DNA of 64,000 nucleotides from an uncultured Chloroflexia bacterium (GCA_963768655.1 CAVYIM010000003.1:851002-915001); one strand, 5' to 3'; counted from the stretch's first letter, positions 52,823-63,866 are shown. Notes: generated by a model from the letters alone, not told the origin. Made by a program: numbers and translations.

Positions 52823-53929
52823 TCAGGCGCTGACTGCCCCGAACGAGAGGGCGAAGTTGGTGTCCGGGTCGAACAGCTGGATCTTTTCGAGCGGGACGCG
52901 CAGCTCGAGCATGTCGCCCGGGCGGACGCGGTACGCGGAGTCGACGATCGCGACGATGTCGCGGTCGGCACAGCTGGCGTGGATCAGCTCCTCGTTGCCG
53001 AGGTACTCGACGACCTCGGCCTTGGCGTTGACGACGGCGGTGGCGCCGCCGAGGGGGCCGAGGACAAGGTGCTCGGGTCGGTAGCCGGCGATGAGCGTGC
53101 GGCCCGTGGCGCCGATCGACTCGCGGAACTGTGGGGGAATGGGGATCGTGACATTCGGGGCGGTCAGCGTGATGCTGTCGCTGCTGCCACCGACCTCGAC
53201 CGAGATGAAGTTCATCGCCGGGCTGCCGATGAAGCCGGCCACGAAACGGTTGATCGGCCGGTCGTAGAGCTCCTGCGGGGTGCCGACCTGCTGCAGGCGA
53301 CCCTCGTTCATGACCGCGATGCGAGAGCCCATCGTCATGGCCTCGATCTGGTCGTGGGTCACGTATACGAAGGTGGTGTTGAGGCGCTGGTGCAGGCGCA
53401 GGATGTTGGCCCGGGTCTCGACGCGCAGCTTGGCGTCGAGGTTGGAGAGCGGCTCGTCCATGAGGAAGACCGCCGGCTCGCGCACGATGGCGCGGCCGAG
53501 GGCGACGCGCTGGCGCTGGCCGCCGGAGAGCTCGCGGGGCTTGCGGTCGATGTAGCGGGTCAGGTCGAGGATCGCAGCGGCTTCCTTGACGCGGGCCTCG
53601 ATCTGGACCTTGGGGACGTGGCGCAGCTTGAGGCCGAACGCGAGGTTGTCGCGGATGGTCATGTGCGGATAGAGGGCGTAGCTCTGGAACACCATCGCGA
53701 TGTCCCGGTCCTTGGGCGGGATGTCGTTGATGACCCGCTCGCCGATCCGCAACGTGCCCGAGGTTATCTCCTCCAGGCCCGCGATCATCCGCAGGCTCGT
53801 GGTCTTGCCGCATCCAGACGGCCCGACCAGGACCATGAACTCGGCGTCGCGGATGTCCAGGTTGAGGTCATCAACCGCGATGACGTCGCCGAAGCGCTTG
53901 CTTACGTTCTCGAAGGTGACTGTAGCCAT
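52823..53929 (-). CDS. Sugar ABC transporter ATP-binding protein (MsiK/UgpC-like)
   Basis: GPSGCGKTT, VFQSYALYPHM, LSGGQRQRVALGR, DEPLSNLD, FIGSPAMN. Confidence 0.93.
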   Translation of the reverse strand: MATVTFENVSKRFGDVIAVDDLNLDIRDAEFMVLVGPSGCGKTTSLRMIAGLEEITSGTLRIGERVINDIPPKDRDIAMVFQSYALYPHMTIRDNLAFGLKLRHVPKVQIEARVKEAAAILDLTRYIDRKPRELSGGQRQRVALGRAIVREPAVFLMDEPLSNLDAKLRVETRANILRLHQRLNTTFVYVTHDQIEAMTMGSRIAVMNEGRLQQVGTPQELYDRPINRFVAGFIGSPAMNFISVEVGGSSDSITLTAPNVTIPIPPQFRESIGATGRTLIAGYRPEHLVLGPLGGATAVVNAKAEVVEYLGNEELIHASCADRDIVAIVDSAYRVRPGDMLELRVPLEKIQLFDPDTNFALSFGAVSA

Positions 53930-54175
53930 CAGCAGTAGCTCCATGTCCAGGTGGGCCGATCGGGCGATCCTACCAGGCAAATGCCGGCGTGCCCCTCCCT
54001 GCCGGCCGACAACTCGCTAAACGTTTAGCACGGGCGCCCGGATGGTCTGACGCCGGCGCAGCTCCGCCCGCGGCCCTGGTCTTGGGGCTCGACATGGTTC
54101 AGGATTGCTTCAGGTCGGGGGCCAAAGATCGGGCCAGATTTCGACACGAATGCAACCAGGACCGGAGCGCAATAC

Positions 54176-55279
54176 ATGAGCGCCAACGAACCCAACGATC
54201 GTCCCGAGGAGATTGCCCAGGCTGCGCCCGACCCCCAGCTTCGCTGGTCGCCTGAGCCGGAGATCGATTCGCCTCTCACGGCCGAGAACCCGCAGGCCGC
54301 GGTCGTCCCGCCCCCGCCGCCCTACTTCCCGCCGCCCTACTTCCCGCCGAGCTATCCCCAGCCGGCCGGGTCGACCTGGCCGCAGCCGGCGCCCGCGGCG
54401 CAGTCCGCCCCCGTGCAACAGTGGCTTCCCGCCTCGCCGTGGGCGACACCGGCCCCGGCGCCTGTCGCGCGCGACTCGGGCAGGCGCCGGGTCGTGCCGC
54501 TGATACTGGCGACGGCGCTGCTCTCGGCGATGCTCTCCGCCGCGGGTACCTACGTCGCCTTCACAGTGGCGCCGCGGACCACGACGGTCACCGAGGTCGG
54601 AGCGAACGGCAGCGCATCGTCCGCGCAGACGGTGAGCCTCACGCAGTCCCAGGACATCGTCCGTGTCGTGAACATGGTCAATCCGTCCGTGGTCACCATC
54701 TCGACCACTGGAACTACCGGTAACGGCTTTCGCTCGTCGCAGTTCACCGGCTCCGGCTCGGGCTTCGTCGTGAGCGCGGACGGGCTGATCCTGACCAACA
54801 ACCATGTGGTCACAGGCGCGAGCACGTTGTCGGTGACGCTCAACAACGGCAGCGAACTGCCGGCGACCGTCGTCACGACGGATGCCACCCACGACCTGGC
54901 CCTGATCCAGGTCAAGGCGACGGGCCTCACGACGGCCACCCTTGGCGACTCCTCCACCATCCAGGTGGGCGAACTTGCCATTGCCATCGGCAGCCCGCTC
55001 GGCACGTTCACCGACTCGGTGACGTCGGGGATCGTCTCCGGGTTGAACAGAAGCATCACCGTGGGCGACACAACCTCCAACTTCACCGAGAACCTGTCGG
55101 GCTTGATCCAGACCGACGCGGCGATCAACCCCGGCAACAGCGGCGGACCGCTGCTCGACGCCAACGGCACAGTCGTCGGGATCGTGACCGCAGCCTCGAG
55201 TGGCGCCCAGGACATGGGCTTCGCCATCCCGATCAACCAGGCCAAGCAGATGATCACCGCCGCCACGTCCAACGCGTGA
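54176..55279 (+). CDS. HtrA-like trypsin serine protease without PDZ domain
   Basis: GSGF, TNNHVV, DLA, QTDAAINPGNSGGPL; ends right after the protease domain. Confidence 0.9.
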   Translation: MSANEPNDRPEEIAQAAPDPQLRWSPEPEIDSPLTAENPQAAVVPPPPPYFPPPYFPPSYPQPAGSTWPQPAPAAQSAPVQQWLPASPWATPAPAPVARDSGRRRVVPLILATALLSAMLSAAGTYVAFTVAPRTTTVTEVGANGSASSAQTVSLTQSQDIVRVVNMVNPSVVTISTTGTTGNGFRSSQFTGSGSGFVVSADGLILTNNHVVTGASTLSVTLNNGSELPATVVTTDATHDLALIQVKATGLTTATLGDSSTIQVGELAIAIGSPLGTFTDSVTSGIVSGLNRSITVGDTTSNFTENLSGLIQTDAAINPGNSGGPLLDANGTVVGIVTAASSGAQDMGFAIPINQAKQMITAATSNA

Positions 55280-55430
55280 GTGGCTGAGCGGCCTGGCCGG
55301 CGCACGTCGGCCAGGCTGTCGTGGTGTTCAGAAATGTTTCAGCCCGTGGAGACATACATCTCATGAACGTTCCCAGTGACCGACGAATGGCGGTCTTCGT
55401 GGTAAGTCCAGGGACGAGAGGCGTGGCCGA

Positions 55431-56939
55431 ATGAAGACGCGATTGGCAGCGATTGCCTTGATTCTCGTGGGGGTGGGCGCGGTAGCTCTGGCCATAGTCG
55501 GCCCGAGCTTCGCCGGGTCGTCCACCTCGCAATACATCACCCAGGCGGTCACCGTCGGCACGGTCAGCGCCCAATCGGTGGCCAACGGAACGATCTCCGC
55601 GAGCACGGTGTACGGCTTGAAGTTCGGAGCGAGCCCGGACATCGTCAGCTCCTCGGCCACGACTTCGGGCACGGGCGGCTCGACCGGGTCAAGCGCGGCC
55701 TCCTCCGGCAGCGTCATCTGGCCGGTTACCGCGGTCGACGTGACGGTCGGACAGACCGTCAAGAAGGGCGACACTCTCGCGACCGCGGACTCCACCGCGG
55801 CGCAGCTGCAGCTGACATCGGCGCAGGCGACCCTCGCCTCGGCTCAGTCCAAGCTGACGACGGACTCCGGCGGCCCAAGCGCGCTGACGAAGGCCCAGGC
55901 GAGTAACCAGCTCAGCCAGGCGAAGAACAGCTACAGCCAGGCCGTCGCGAACGAGAAGATCACCGGCCAGCAGAACTCCCAGACCCTGAGTCAGGCCGAG
56001 GCGGCAGTCACCGCCGCGCAGGCGGCATACAAGGCCAACCCCACGTCCCAGAACCAGGCGGCTCTCCAGCAGGCACAGTCGAACCTGACCACGACGCGGC
56101 TCAAGGTCACACAGTCCAACCAGCAGGCCGCTCAGCAGGTGGCCAGTCAGAAGCTCAGCCTGGCCTCCGCCGAACTGCAATACCAGAACAACACCGCTCC
56201 CGCGGCCAGCGCCACAGTCACGGCCGATCAGGCCCAGGTGGCCGCGGCCCAGGCGACGGTCAATGCGGATCAGCTGGCCGTGACCGACGCGACGATCCTT
56301 GCCCCTGAGGACGGGCTCATCGTCGCGGTCAACATCCTGCCCGGCGTCAGCGCCCCGTCGTCCGGCTACGCGATAGAGGAATCGGTAGCCCCGATGGTGG
56401 CAACCGCCAGCTTCACCGAGTCCGACATTTCCAACCTCAAGGTCGGACAGGCGGCCGTGGTCAACGTCACCGCGCCCAATCTGACGGTGAACGGGACCGT
56501 CACCCAGATCGTCCCGACGGCCTCCACGTCGGGCGGCGCGAGCAGCGTCGTGACCTACTCCGTGATCGTGACCCTGACCGACCCGCCCGCCACGGTGCTC
56601 TCGGGCATGAGCGCGACAGTAACGGTCACGACAGCCTCTGTCGACAACGCCCTGCGCGTGCCCTCGACCGCTCTCGAGGGATCGGCCGCGGCCGGCTACA
56701 GCGTTCAGGTCGAAAGCAACGGGAGCGTCACGACCCAGGCGGTGCAGGTCGGCCTGGTCACGACTTCCTACGTCCAGATCACGAGCGGCCTGAGCGAGGG
56801 TGACACCGTGGTCGTCGGTACCACGACGACCCGGAACAGCACTACCACAACGACCGGCACCAATATCAACCTCGGCGGCCTGACTGGCGGCGGCGCCGGC
56901 GGGTTCGGCGGCGGCGCCGGCGGGTTCGGTGGGCGATGA
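55431..56939 (+). CDS. MacA-like periplasmic adaptor subunit
   Basis: VTVGQTVKKGD lipoyl half, coiled coil, APEDG, GLSEGD.VV. Confidence 0.85.
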   Translation: MKTRLAAIALILVGVGAVALAIVGPSFAGSSTSQYITQAVTVGTVSAQSVANGTISASTVYGLKFGASPDIVSSSATTSGTGGSTGSSAASSGSVIWPVTAVDVTVGQTVKKGDTLATADSTAAQLQLTSAQATLASAQSKLTTDSGGPSALTKAQASNQLSQAKNSYSQAVANEKITGQQNSQTLSQAEAAVTAAQAAYKANPTSQNQAALQQAQSNLTTTRLKVTQSNQQAAQQVASQKLSLASAELQYQNNTAPAASATVTADQAQVAAAQATVNADQLAVTDATILAPEDGLIVAVNILPGVSAPSSGYAIEESVAPMVATASFTESDISNLKVGQAAVVNVTAPNLTVNGTVTQIVPTASTSGGASSVVTYSVIVTLTDPPATVLSGMSATVTVTTASVDNALRVPSTALEGSAAAGYSVQVESNGSVTTQAVQVGLVTTSYVQITSGLSEGDTVVVGTTTTRNSTTTTTGTNINLGGLTGGGAGGFGGGAGGFGGR

Positions 56940-57634
56940 GCGCCAACGCGGTCGAGCCGATCATCGAACTCGAAGGCATCAGCCGCATATACGACACCGG
57001 CAAGGTCCAGGTGCCGGCCCTGGTGGACGTCAACCTGACGGTCGCCAGGGGTGAGTTCATGGCCATCATCGGCCCCTCGGGCTCGGGCAAGTCGACCATG
57101 ATGAACATCCTCGGATGTCTCGACCGGCCGACCAGCGGTCGCTACGTTCTCGACGGCCAGCCCGTCGACGAGCTATCCGACGACGGTCTCGCCTTTGTCC
57201 GGAGCCGTTCCATCGGGTTCGTGTTCCAGAGCTACAACCTGCTGCCGCGCACGAGCGCTCTGGAGAACGTGGCCGCGCCCCTGATGTACCAGGGCGTCGG
57301 CCGCCGCGAGCGGCTCCGAAAGGCCCAGGCGGCCCTGGAGCGTCTCGGTCTGGGCGATCGCCTCGGCCACGAGCCCTCCGAGCTCTCGGGCGGCCAGCAG
57401 CAGCGCGTCGGCATCGCCCGGGCCCTCGTGACCGAGCCGGCGTTGATCCTCGCCGACGAGCCGACCGGCAACCTCGACTCCCACTCCGGGGCCGAGGTGC
57501 TCTCGCTCTTCAAGGATCTCCATGCCCTGGGTCGCACGATCGTGCTCATCACCCACGACATCGACGTCGCCACGGCGGCCGATCGCGGCGTCCACATCCG
57601 CGACGGCCAGCTCGCCGAGGCGGTGCTGCAATGA
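56936..57634 (+). CDS. MacB/LolD-type ABC ATP-binding protein
   Basis: GPSGSGKST, LSGGQQQRV, ADEPTGNLD, ITHD. Confidence 0.93.
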   Translation: MSANAVEPIIELEGISRIYDTGKVQVPALVDVNLTVARGEFMAIIGPSGSGKSTMMNILGCLDRPTSGRYVLDGQPVDELSDDGLAFVRSRSIGFVFQSYNLLPRTSALENVAAPLMYQGVGRRERLRKAQAALERLGLGDRLGHEPSELSGGQQQRVGIARALVTEPALILADEPTGNLDSHSGAEVLSLFKDLHALGRTIVLITHDIDVATAADRGVHIRDGQLAEAVLQ

Positions 57635-58836
57635 GGCTCATCGACCTGCTCCGCCTGGCCATCGGCCGATTGGGCACCGGCAAGCTGCGGACCGCGCTCA
57701 CGATGCTCGGCATCATCATCGGCGTGGCCAGCGTCGTCGCCCTGGTCAGCGTCGCCCAGGGTGCCACCAAGGGCATCAGCAACCAGCTCAACGCCCTGGG
57801 CACCAACCTGCTCACGGTCAGCCCGGGCTTCTCGCGTGGCTCGGCCACGCGCGGCTCCTTCGGCTCGGCCACGACCCTCACCATCGACGACGGATCCGCC
57901 ATCGCCGGCCTGTCGGGGGTCCAATACGTCGCCCCCGAGCTGACCACCTCCAAGCTCGTGATCGCGGGCACCCAGAACGAGACCGCCCGCATCATCGGCA
58001 CGACCCCGGGATATCTCTCGGTCTTCGCCTACGACATGTGGACCGGCGCCTTCCTCAACCAGGCCTCGGTCGATGCCAACCTGCGGGTCGCGGTCATCGG
58101 CGGCGCGACGGCCGACAACCTCGATCTCACCAGCTCCTCGATAGGCTCGACCATCTACATCGGCGGCCTGCCGTTCGATCTCATCGGGATCATGCAGTCC
58201 AAGGGCGGGACCGGCACCCAGGACGACGAGGTCATCGTGCCGCTCTCGACCATGCAGGAGCTGTTCGTGGGCAGCTCCAGCGTGTCCACGATCGGCGTGA
58301 GCGCCGCGAGCCAGGACGACATCAACACCGTCTCGGCCGAGATCACGGCCTTGCTCGACCAGCGCCACGGCATCACCGCGGCCGAGACGGCCGACTTCTC
58401 GATCACGACCCAGGCCCAGCTACTGGGCACGGTCAGCTCTGTCAGCGACGTCCTGACGCTGCTCCTGGCGGGCATCGCCTCGATCTCGCTGCTGGTGGGC
58501 GGCATCGGGATCATGAACATCATGCTCGTCTCGGTCCGCGAGCGGACCCGCGAGATCGGCATCAGAAAGGCCATCGGGGCCCGCGGTCGCGACATCCTTT
58601 CCCAGTTCCTGGTCGAGGCCCTGGCGCTCTCGCTCGCCGGCGGCGTGATCGGCATCTTCTTCGGGGTCCTGGCCTCATTCGGCATCGGCATCTACGCCGG
58701 CTGGGGCTTCGTCTTCAATCCGATCACGGTCGTGGCCGCGGTCGGCTTCAGCCTTCTCGTGGGCGTCGTCTTCGGTGTCTGGCCTGCCAGCCAGGCCGCC
58801 CGGCTCGACCCCGTCGTCGCTCTTCGATACGAGTAA
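57631..58836 (+). CDS. MacB/FtsX-type ABC permease
   Basis: RTALTMLGIIIGVASV, GGIGIMNIMLVSVRERTREIGIRKAIGA, AARLDPVVALRYE. Confidence 0.93.
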   Translation: MRLIDLLRLAIGRLGTGKLRTALTMLGIIIGVASVVALVSVAQGATKGISNQLNALGTNLLTVSPGFSRGSATRGSFGSATTLTIDDGSAIAGLSGVQYVAPELTTSKLVIAGTQNETARIIGTTPGYLSVFAYDMWTGAFLNQASVDANLRVAVIGGATADNLDLTSSSIGSTIYIGGLPFDLIGIMQSKGGTGTQDDEVIVPLSTMQELFVGSSSVSTIGVSAASQDDINTVSAEITALLDQRHGITAAETADFSITTQAQLLGTVSSVSDVLTLLLAGIASISLLVGGIGIMNIMLVSVRERTREIGIRKAIGARGRDILSQFLVEALALSLAGGVIGIFFGVLASFGIGIYAGWGFVFNPITVVAAVGFSLLVGVVFGVWPASQAARLDPVVALRYE

Positions 58837-58872
58837 CAAGTCACAAACGCGGAAACCGAAAGGGGTACCTTC

Positions 58873-59394
58873 ATGGCAACAGCGGTCAAGCCGGCAAAGC
58901 GACAGGATCGAACGACGATGGCGCTGCTCCTCGTGGCAGCGTTCGTCGCGGTCGGCGGGATCGGCTTTGCCATCGGCCACCTCACCGGCGGTTCGACGGC
59001 GGCGGCGGCGAACAACCCGGCCGGGCGCGGCGGTTTCGCCCGCGCGTCGCTGGCGCCGGGACAGACCTTCAACATCAGCCAGTTCGGCGGCGGCGCCGGC
59101 GGCGCCGGCCGGCTCGGCGCCGGCGGGTTCTCCGGCGGCATCTCCGGCACGGTCCAGTCGATCAACGGCTCCACGATGACGATCACCCTCGCCAACGGCA
59201 CCACCGAAACGATCGACCTGACGGGCACGACCACTTATCACAACGAGACGGCCGGCAGCGCCAGCGACGTCACGCCCGGTAGCACCGTAACGGTCCAGAT
59301 CGACACCAGCGCCCTGGCCGGCGCCTCTCCGAACCCGGGCTCCTCGGGCACTCCGACCCTGACGGCCAAAGACGTCCTGGTCACCACGCCGTAG
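58873..59394 (+). CDS. Membrane-anchored Gly-rich protein with OB-like (DUF5666-like) domain
   Basis: TM helix, SGTVQSING...TITL...VTPGSTVTV. Confidence 0.6.
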   Translation: MATAVKPAKRQDRTTMALLLVAAFVAVGGIGFAIGHLTGGSTAAAANNPAGRGGFARASLAPGQTFNISQFGGGAGGAGRLGAGGFSGGISGTVQSINGSTMTITLANGTTETIDLTGTTTYHNETAGSASDVTPGSTVTVQIDTSALAGASPNPGSSGTPTLTAKDVLVTTP

Positions 59395-59404
59395 GAGGCG
59401 CCCC

Positions 59405-60076
59405 TTGCACGTGCTCGTCGTTGAGGACGATGCCCGCCTGAGTCGCCTTCTCAAGCGGCTCCTGACGCAGGATCGCCATGTCGTCGAAACGGCCCTTACG
59501 GCCGAGGACGGCCTCGAGATCGCCACGTCCGGCACGGAACTGGACGCCATCATTCTCGATGTCGGCCTGCCCGATCGGTCGGGCTTCGATGTGGCACGGA
59601 TGCTGCGGCGGAACGGCTCACAGGTCCCGATCCTGATGCTGACGGCGCGCGACGCCGTCAGCGATCGGGTCGAGGGCCTGGACGCCGGAGCGGACGACTA
59701 CCTCGTCAAGCCATTCGCCTATGAGGAGCTGCTGGCTCGCCTGCGGGCCCTGGCCCGTCGGCCCCCGACGCGCAAGGCCGTGTCCCTGCGCTCCGGCCCG
59801 TTCGAGCTGGACGAGGCCACCCGGCGCGTGACGGTCGGAGGCAAGCCCGTCGATCTCAGCCAGCGCGAGTTCTCGATTCTCGAGTGCCTGCTGAGGCGGC
59901 CCGGCCAGGTCCTGTCGCGCGACCAGCTGCTCGACTACGCCTGGCCATATGGCGTCGCTTTGACGCCGAACACGGTCGAGGCCTACATCCACCTGCTTAG
60001 AGAGAAGGTCGGCAACGGCGCGGCGGCTCACATCGAGACGGTCCGCGGTGTCGGCTATCGCCTGCGAGAGGGCTGA
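59405..60076 (+). CDS. OmpR-family response regulator
   Basis: VVEDD, ILDVGLP, GADDYLVKPF, ETVRGVGY. Confidence 0.95.
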   Translation: MHVLVVEDDARLSRLLKRLLTQDRHVVETALTAEDGLEIATSGTELDAIILDVGLPDRSGFDVARMLRRNGSQVPILMLTARDAVSDRVEGLDAGADDYLVKPFAYEELLARLRALARRPPTRKAVSLRSGPFELDEATRRVTVGGKPVDLSQREFSILECLLRRPGQVLSRDQLLDYAWPYGVALTPNTVEAYIHLLREKVGNGAAAHIETVRGVGYRLREG

Positions 60077-60079
60077 CCC

Positions 60080-61543
60080 GTGAGCCCGAGCCGCTTGCAT
60101 CTGCGGCGAGCCCGGAAGGCCGACGCGGAGTCGGCGGCCCCGCCGACGGGTCACCACAACGGCCCGGAGGAGGATGCCCGCATCCTGCGGCGGACGCGGC
60201 TGCGGCTCCTGGCGTGGAGCGGCGGGATCACTCTCCTGATCCTCATCGTCCTGGGCGCGAGCCTCTACCTGGTCGTGTCCAGATACGTGACTTCGGCCGG
60301 CGAGCAGCGCGTAAATCAGCGCATCGACACCGTCGAGGACGGCCTTCGCAGCAACCTGAGGCCCAACCAGGTGAGCCTGGGGATCATCTTCGGCGGAACC
60401 TCGGCCGGCACATGGGCCTACATCATCATTCCGGGCAACCCTCCGATCGCGCCCCCAGAGAACTACGTCGACAGCAGCGTGCTGCCGGACATGGCAAGCG
60501 TCGCGGTCGCCGAAACGGGCCAGACGGACACTCGCATCGACGACGTTCCAGGCGGCAGCTACCGTGTCATCTCGCGACCGTTTCAGGTCGACGGCACGAC
60601 GTGGGTCATCCAAGGCGTCGAGGACAGAAGCGCCGAGACCAGGCTGCTGGACTCGCTCTTCTTGATCCTGCTCGGTGGGGGCGCACTGGCCTTCCTCGCC
60701 TCTCTTGTCGCTGGGTACGTGTACGCCGGTCGCGCGCTCGTTCCGATCCGTGAGTCCGTTGCCAGGCGTCAGGCCGCCCTGCAGCGGCAGCGCGAATTCG
60801 CCGCCAACGCCAGCCACGAGCTGCGGACGCCGCTGACCGTGGTTCGGGCCAGTGTCGAGGACCTGAGACGGAACCGGCGCAGCCGGGTCGAAGACGTCGG
60901 CGACGCGATCGACGACATCGACGCCGAAGTCCGTCACATGACCGCCCTGGTGGAGGACATGCTGCTGCTGGCCCGGACCGACTCGGGCACGATCCAGATC
61001 GAGCCCAGACCTTTGGATCTGGCCGATGTCGCCGCCGAGGCGACCTCGGCTCTCGCCCCACTGGGTCAGGAACGAGGCGTCAAGGTCATGCTGGACCCGC
61101 TACCAGCTCCCACCGCGGGCGATCCCCTGCGGCTTCGCCAGCTGGTAACGATCCTGACGGACAACGCTATTCGCCACAGCCCCAAAGGTTCGACGGTGTC
61201 GGTGAACGTTCGGCCGGATCCTTCGGCCGCGTGGCTCTACGTCGAGGACCAGGGCCCGGGCATCAAGCCGGAGGACCTGCCCAAACTGTGGGAGCGGTTC
61301 TGGCGGGCCGACAACGCGCCGGCGGGAGGCACGGGTCTCGGCCTGGCGATCGCGAAGTGGATCGTCGATCAGCACGGCGGGACGATCGGAGCTATGAACC
61401 GGGAAGAGGGAGGCGCGCGCTTCTGGGTCCGGCTGCCGGCATCGGCTCCTGCGCCGGCCACGACCTCGGACAAGTCGCAGCGGAACCCTCCCGGCGAGGC
61501 TTTCCAGCTGAGCCCCGACGACCCGGGCCAGTCCGCCTCCTGA
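60080..61543 (+). CDS. Sensor histidine kinase
   Basis: Two TMs, ASHELRTPL, DNAIRHS, DQGPGI, GTGLGLAI. Confidence 0.95.
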   Translation: MSPSRLHLRRARKADAESAAPPTGHHNGPEEDARILRRTRLRLLAWSGGITLLILIVLGASLYLVVSRYVTSAGEQRVNQRIDTVEDGLRSNLRPNQVSLGIIFGGTSAGTWAYIIIPGNPPIAPPENYVDSSVLPDMASVAVAETGQTDTRIDDVPGGSYRVISRPFQVDGTTWVIQGVEDRSAETRLLDSLFLILLGGGALAFLASLVAGYVYAGRALVPIRESVARRQAALQRQREFAANASHELRTPLTVVRASVEDLRRNRRSRVEDVGDAIDDIDAEVRHMTALVEDMLLLARTDSGTIQIEPRPLDLADVAAEATSALAPLGQERGVKVMLDPLPAPTAGDPLRLRQLVTILTDNAIRHSPKGSTVSVNVRPDPSAAWLYVEDQGPGIKPEDLPKLWERFWRADNAPAGGTGLGLAIAKWIVDQHGGTIGAMNREEGGARFWVRLPASAPAPATTSDKSQRNPPGEAFQLSPDDPGQSAS

Positions 61544-61611
61544 TCGCCCGCGCCCTCGCGCCCGACCGCCCGCACCCCCTCGCGCCCCCGCTGAAGCGCT
61601 TCCGCCCGCGC

Positions 61612-62361
61612 TCAGCCGAAGAGAAGCCGCGCCTCGGCAACCAGACCGACGCAGATGATCGTCGCCCGCAACAGCTGAGGTGGCAGGCGCCGGCCGACGC
61701 GCGCGCCGATCTGGCCGCCGACGATGGAGCCGGCGGCGATCAGCAGCGCCACGTCCCAGTGCACCGGCGCGATCAGGGAGAAGAGGATGGCCGCGACGCC
61801 GTTTACGACCGCCGCCAGGACGTTCTTCAGGCCGTTGAGGCGCTGGATGTCGTCGGGCAGGAAGATCGTGAGCAGCGCGATCATGATGATTCCCTGGCCT
61901 GCCCCGAAATAGCCGCCGTAGATGGCCGACCCGAAGAGAGTTGCCGACAGCGGCCAGGCTCGATGAGCCTCCGGATGGCGGTGCTCGGCCAGAGCGCGGG
62001 AGAGGCGCGGCCCGATCGCGACCAGCACCAGCGCCACCCCGATGAGGATCGGCACGATCGCGGCGAAGGCGCCGGGAAAGGCTCGCAGCAGCAGCGCGCC
62101 CGTCAGCCCGCCGGCGCCGGCGACGACGCCCAGCCGAAGCGCGCGCCCGCGCTGACCGGCAAGCTCGCGACGATAGCCGAGCGAGCCGCTGATCGAGCCC
62201 GGCACCAGCCCGACGGTGTTCGAGACGTTGGCGTCGATCGGCGCGTAGCCGAAGGCGAGCAGCGTCGGGAACGTGATCAGCGAGCCCGAGCCGACGATCG
62301 TGTTGATCGTTCCCGCCGCAAGTCCGGCAAGCAGGATGGCGACTGCCTCGATGGGCGTCAC
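61612..62361 (-). CDS. Sulfite exporter TauE/SafE family protein
   Basis: AGTINTIVGSGSLITFP, YGGYFGAGQG, NGLKN. Confidence 0.9.
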   Translation of the reverse strand: MTPIEAVAILLAGLAAGTINTIVGSGSLITFPTLLAFGYAPIDANVSNTVGLVPGSISGSLGYRRELAGQRGRALRLGVVAGAGGLTGALLLRAFPGAFAAIVPILIGVALVLVAIGPRLSRALAEHRHPEAHRAWPLSATLFGSAIYGGYFGAGQGIIMIALLTIFLPDDIQRLNGLKNVLAAVVNGVAAILFSLIAPVHWDVALLIAAGSIVGGQIGARVGRRLPPQLLRATIICVGLVAEARLLFG

Positions 62362-62597
62362 AGGTCAGCCGTCGAAAGGCGGGCGGTTGGCCAGGAGATT
62401 GCTGGCTGTCTCATCGGTCGATCGTAGCGAGGCCCGGCCAAACATGCGGTGCGCGGCGGCTAGTCCGCGCGTCCGCGGCGGCTACGTCTGCGGCGGAGCC
62501 GAAACCCAGTTCAGGGTTACGCGGCTGCGCCCGTGCTCAGCCGCAATTCCTCCATGTCGATACCCTTGAGTCCGGACATCGCTCGAGGAATTGAGAC

Positions 62598-63866
62598 GTG
62601 GACCGAATGAAGCGCATCCGCGAGGCACTCGCGGCCACCGCGAAACGAATCAGACGCGTCCCCCAGGCTCTCGTCGCCGCCGCGAAACGAATCAGGCGCC
62701 GCCCTCGCCTTCTCGCGGCGGTCGCCATCTGCGTCTGCCTCGTGCTCGTCGTCGGCTCATCCGTCTTCCTGATGGCCTCCGGCGGCTCCGCGGCAGGATC
62801 GCCGAGTCCGGCACCGACCGGCAGCCCGATCGCGGCATTGCCCACGCCGACCGCCACGCCCATTCCAACCCTGCCGTCGCTGATCCCGAGCGTCACGCCG
62901 AGCGCCTCTCCCACCTCCAGTGCTACCGCCGGGCTCTACCCCGACCTCACCAGCCCCTACGCCGATCTGGACGGAGTCCTCACGACCCCGGCCCTGGCCC
63001 ACCAGCTGCCCATGGCGATCATGATCGACGACGCGGCGGCGGCGCGCCCACAGGCCGGCTTCAACGGGGCGTCGATCGTCTACCAGGCGCCGGCCGACGG
63101 CGGCCAGACGCGCTACATGCTCGTCTTCCAGGAAGGCAGTTCGGCCAACGTCGGGCCGGTCCGCAGCGCTCGGCCGTACTTCGTGCGTTGGGCCGCGGAG
63201 TATCACGCCCTGCTGGGCCACTACGGGGGCGACCACCAGAGCCTGACGCAGGTGATTCCGGGGCTGGCCAAGTCGATCTACAACATGGACGACCTCAACG
63301 GCGGTTCCTGCCCGTATCACCGCATCTCGACCCGGCGTATGCCGCACAACGCCTACACCAACACCAGCGCCCTGCGAGCCTGCCTGCCCAAGAAGCACTA
63401 TCCGACCACGATCGACCCGGCCGTTCCTCTGCGGCCGTTCACGGACGATCTGCCGCTGGACCAGAGGCCCTCGGCCGCCACCATCACGATCCCGTATCGC
63501 GGTCAGGTTGTGGGCTACACGTACGTCCGGAGCACCGACTCGTATCTGCGATCGATCGATGGCCGGCCTCAGATCGACCAGTCGAACATGACGCGGGTGA
63601 CGGCGCGGAACGTGATCGTGCTCTGGCAGTCGCTGACGACGTACGTCGAGCCTGGCCACATTCGCCCGGTCGTCGGTCAGATCGGCACGGGTCCGGCGAT
63701 CGTCTTCCGCGACGGCCAGGCCATAGCGGCGACCTGGCGGAAGGACGACGACACAGACCTGACGCGCCTGTACGACGCCTCGGGCCATCAGATCCCTCTC
63801 GTGCGCGGCCGGATCTTCATTCAGATCGTTCCCAACGGCACCAAGGTGACGCACACGGAGAAGTGA
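62598..63866 (+). CDS. DUF3048 domain protein
   Basis: MIDD..AARPQAG, TRY, GPVRSARPY, PHNAY. Confidence 0.88.
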   Translation: MDRMKRIREALAATAKRIRRVPQALVAAAKRIRRRPRLLAAVAICVCLVLVVGSSVFLMASGGSAAGSPSPAPTGSPIAALPTPTATPIPTLPSLIPSVTPSASPTSSATAGLYPDLTSPYADLDGVLTTPALAHQLPMAIMIDDAAAARPQAGFNGASIVYQAPADGGQTRYMLVFQEGSSANVGPVRSARPYFVRWAAEYHALLGHYGGDHQSLTQVIPGLAKSIYNMDDLNGGSCPYHRISTRRMPHNAYTNTSALRACLPKKHYPTTIDPAVPLRPFTDDLPLDQRPSAATITIPYRGQVVGYTYVRSTDSYLRSIDGRPQIDQSNMTRVTARNVIVLWQSLTTYVEPGHIRPVVGQIGTGPAIVFRDGQAIAATWRKDDDTDLTRLYDASGHQIPLVRGRIFIQIVPNGTKVTHTEK

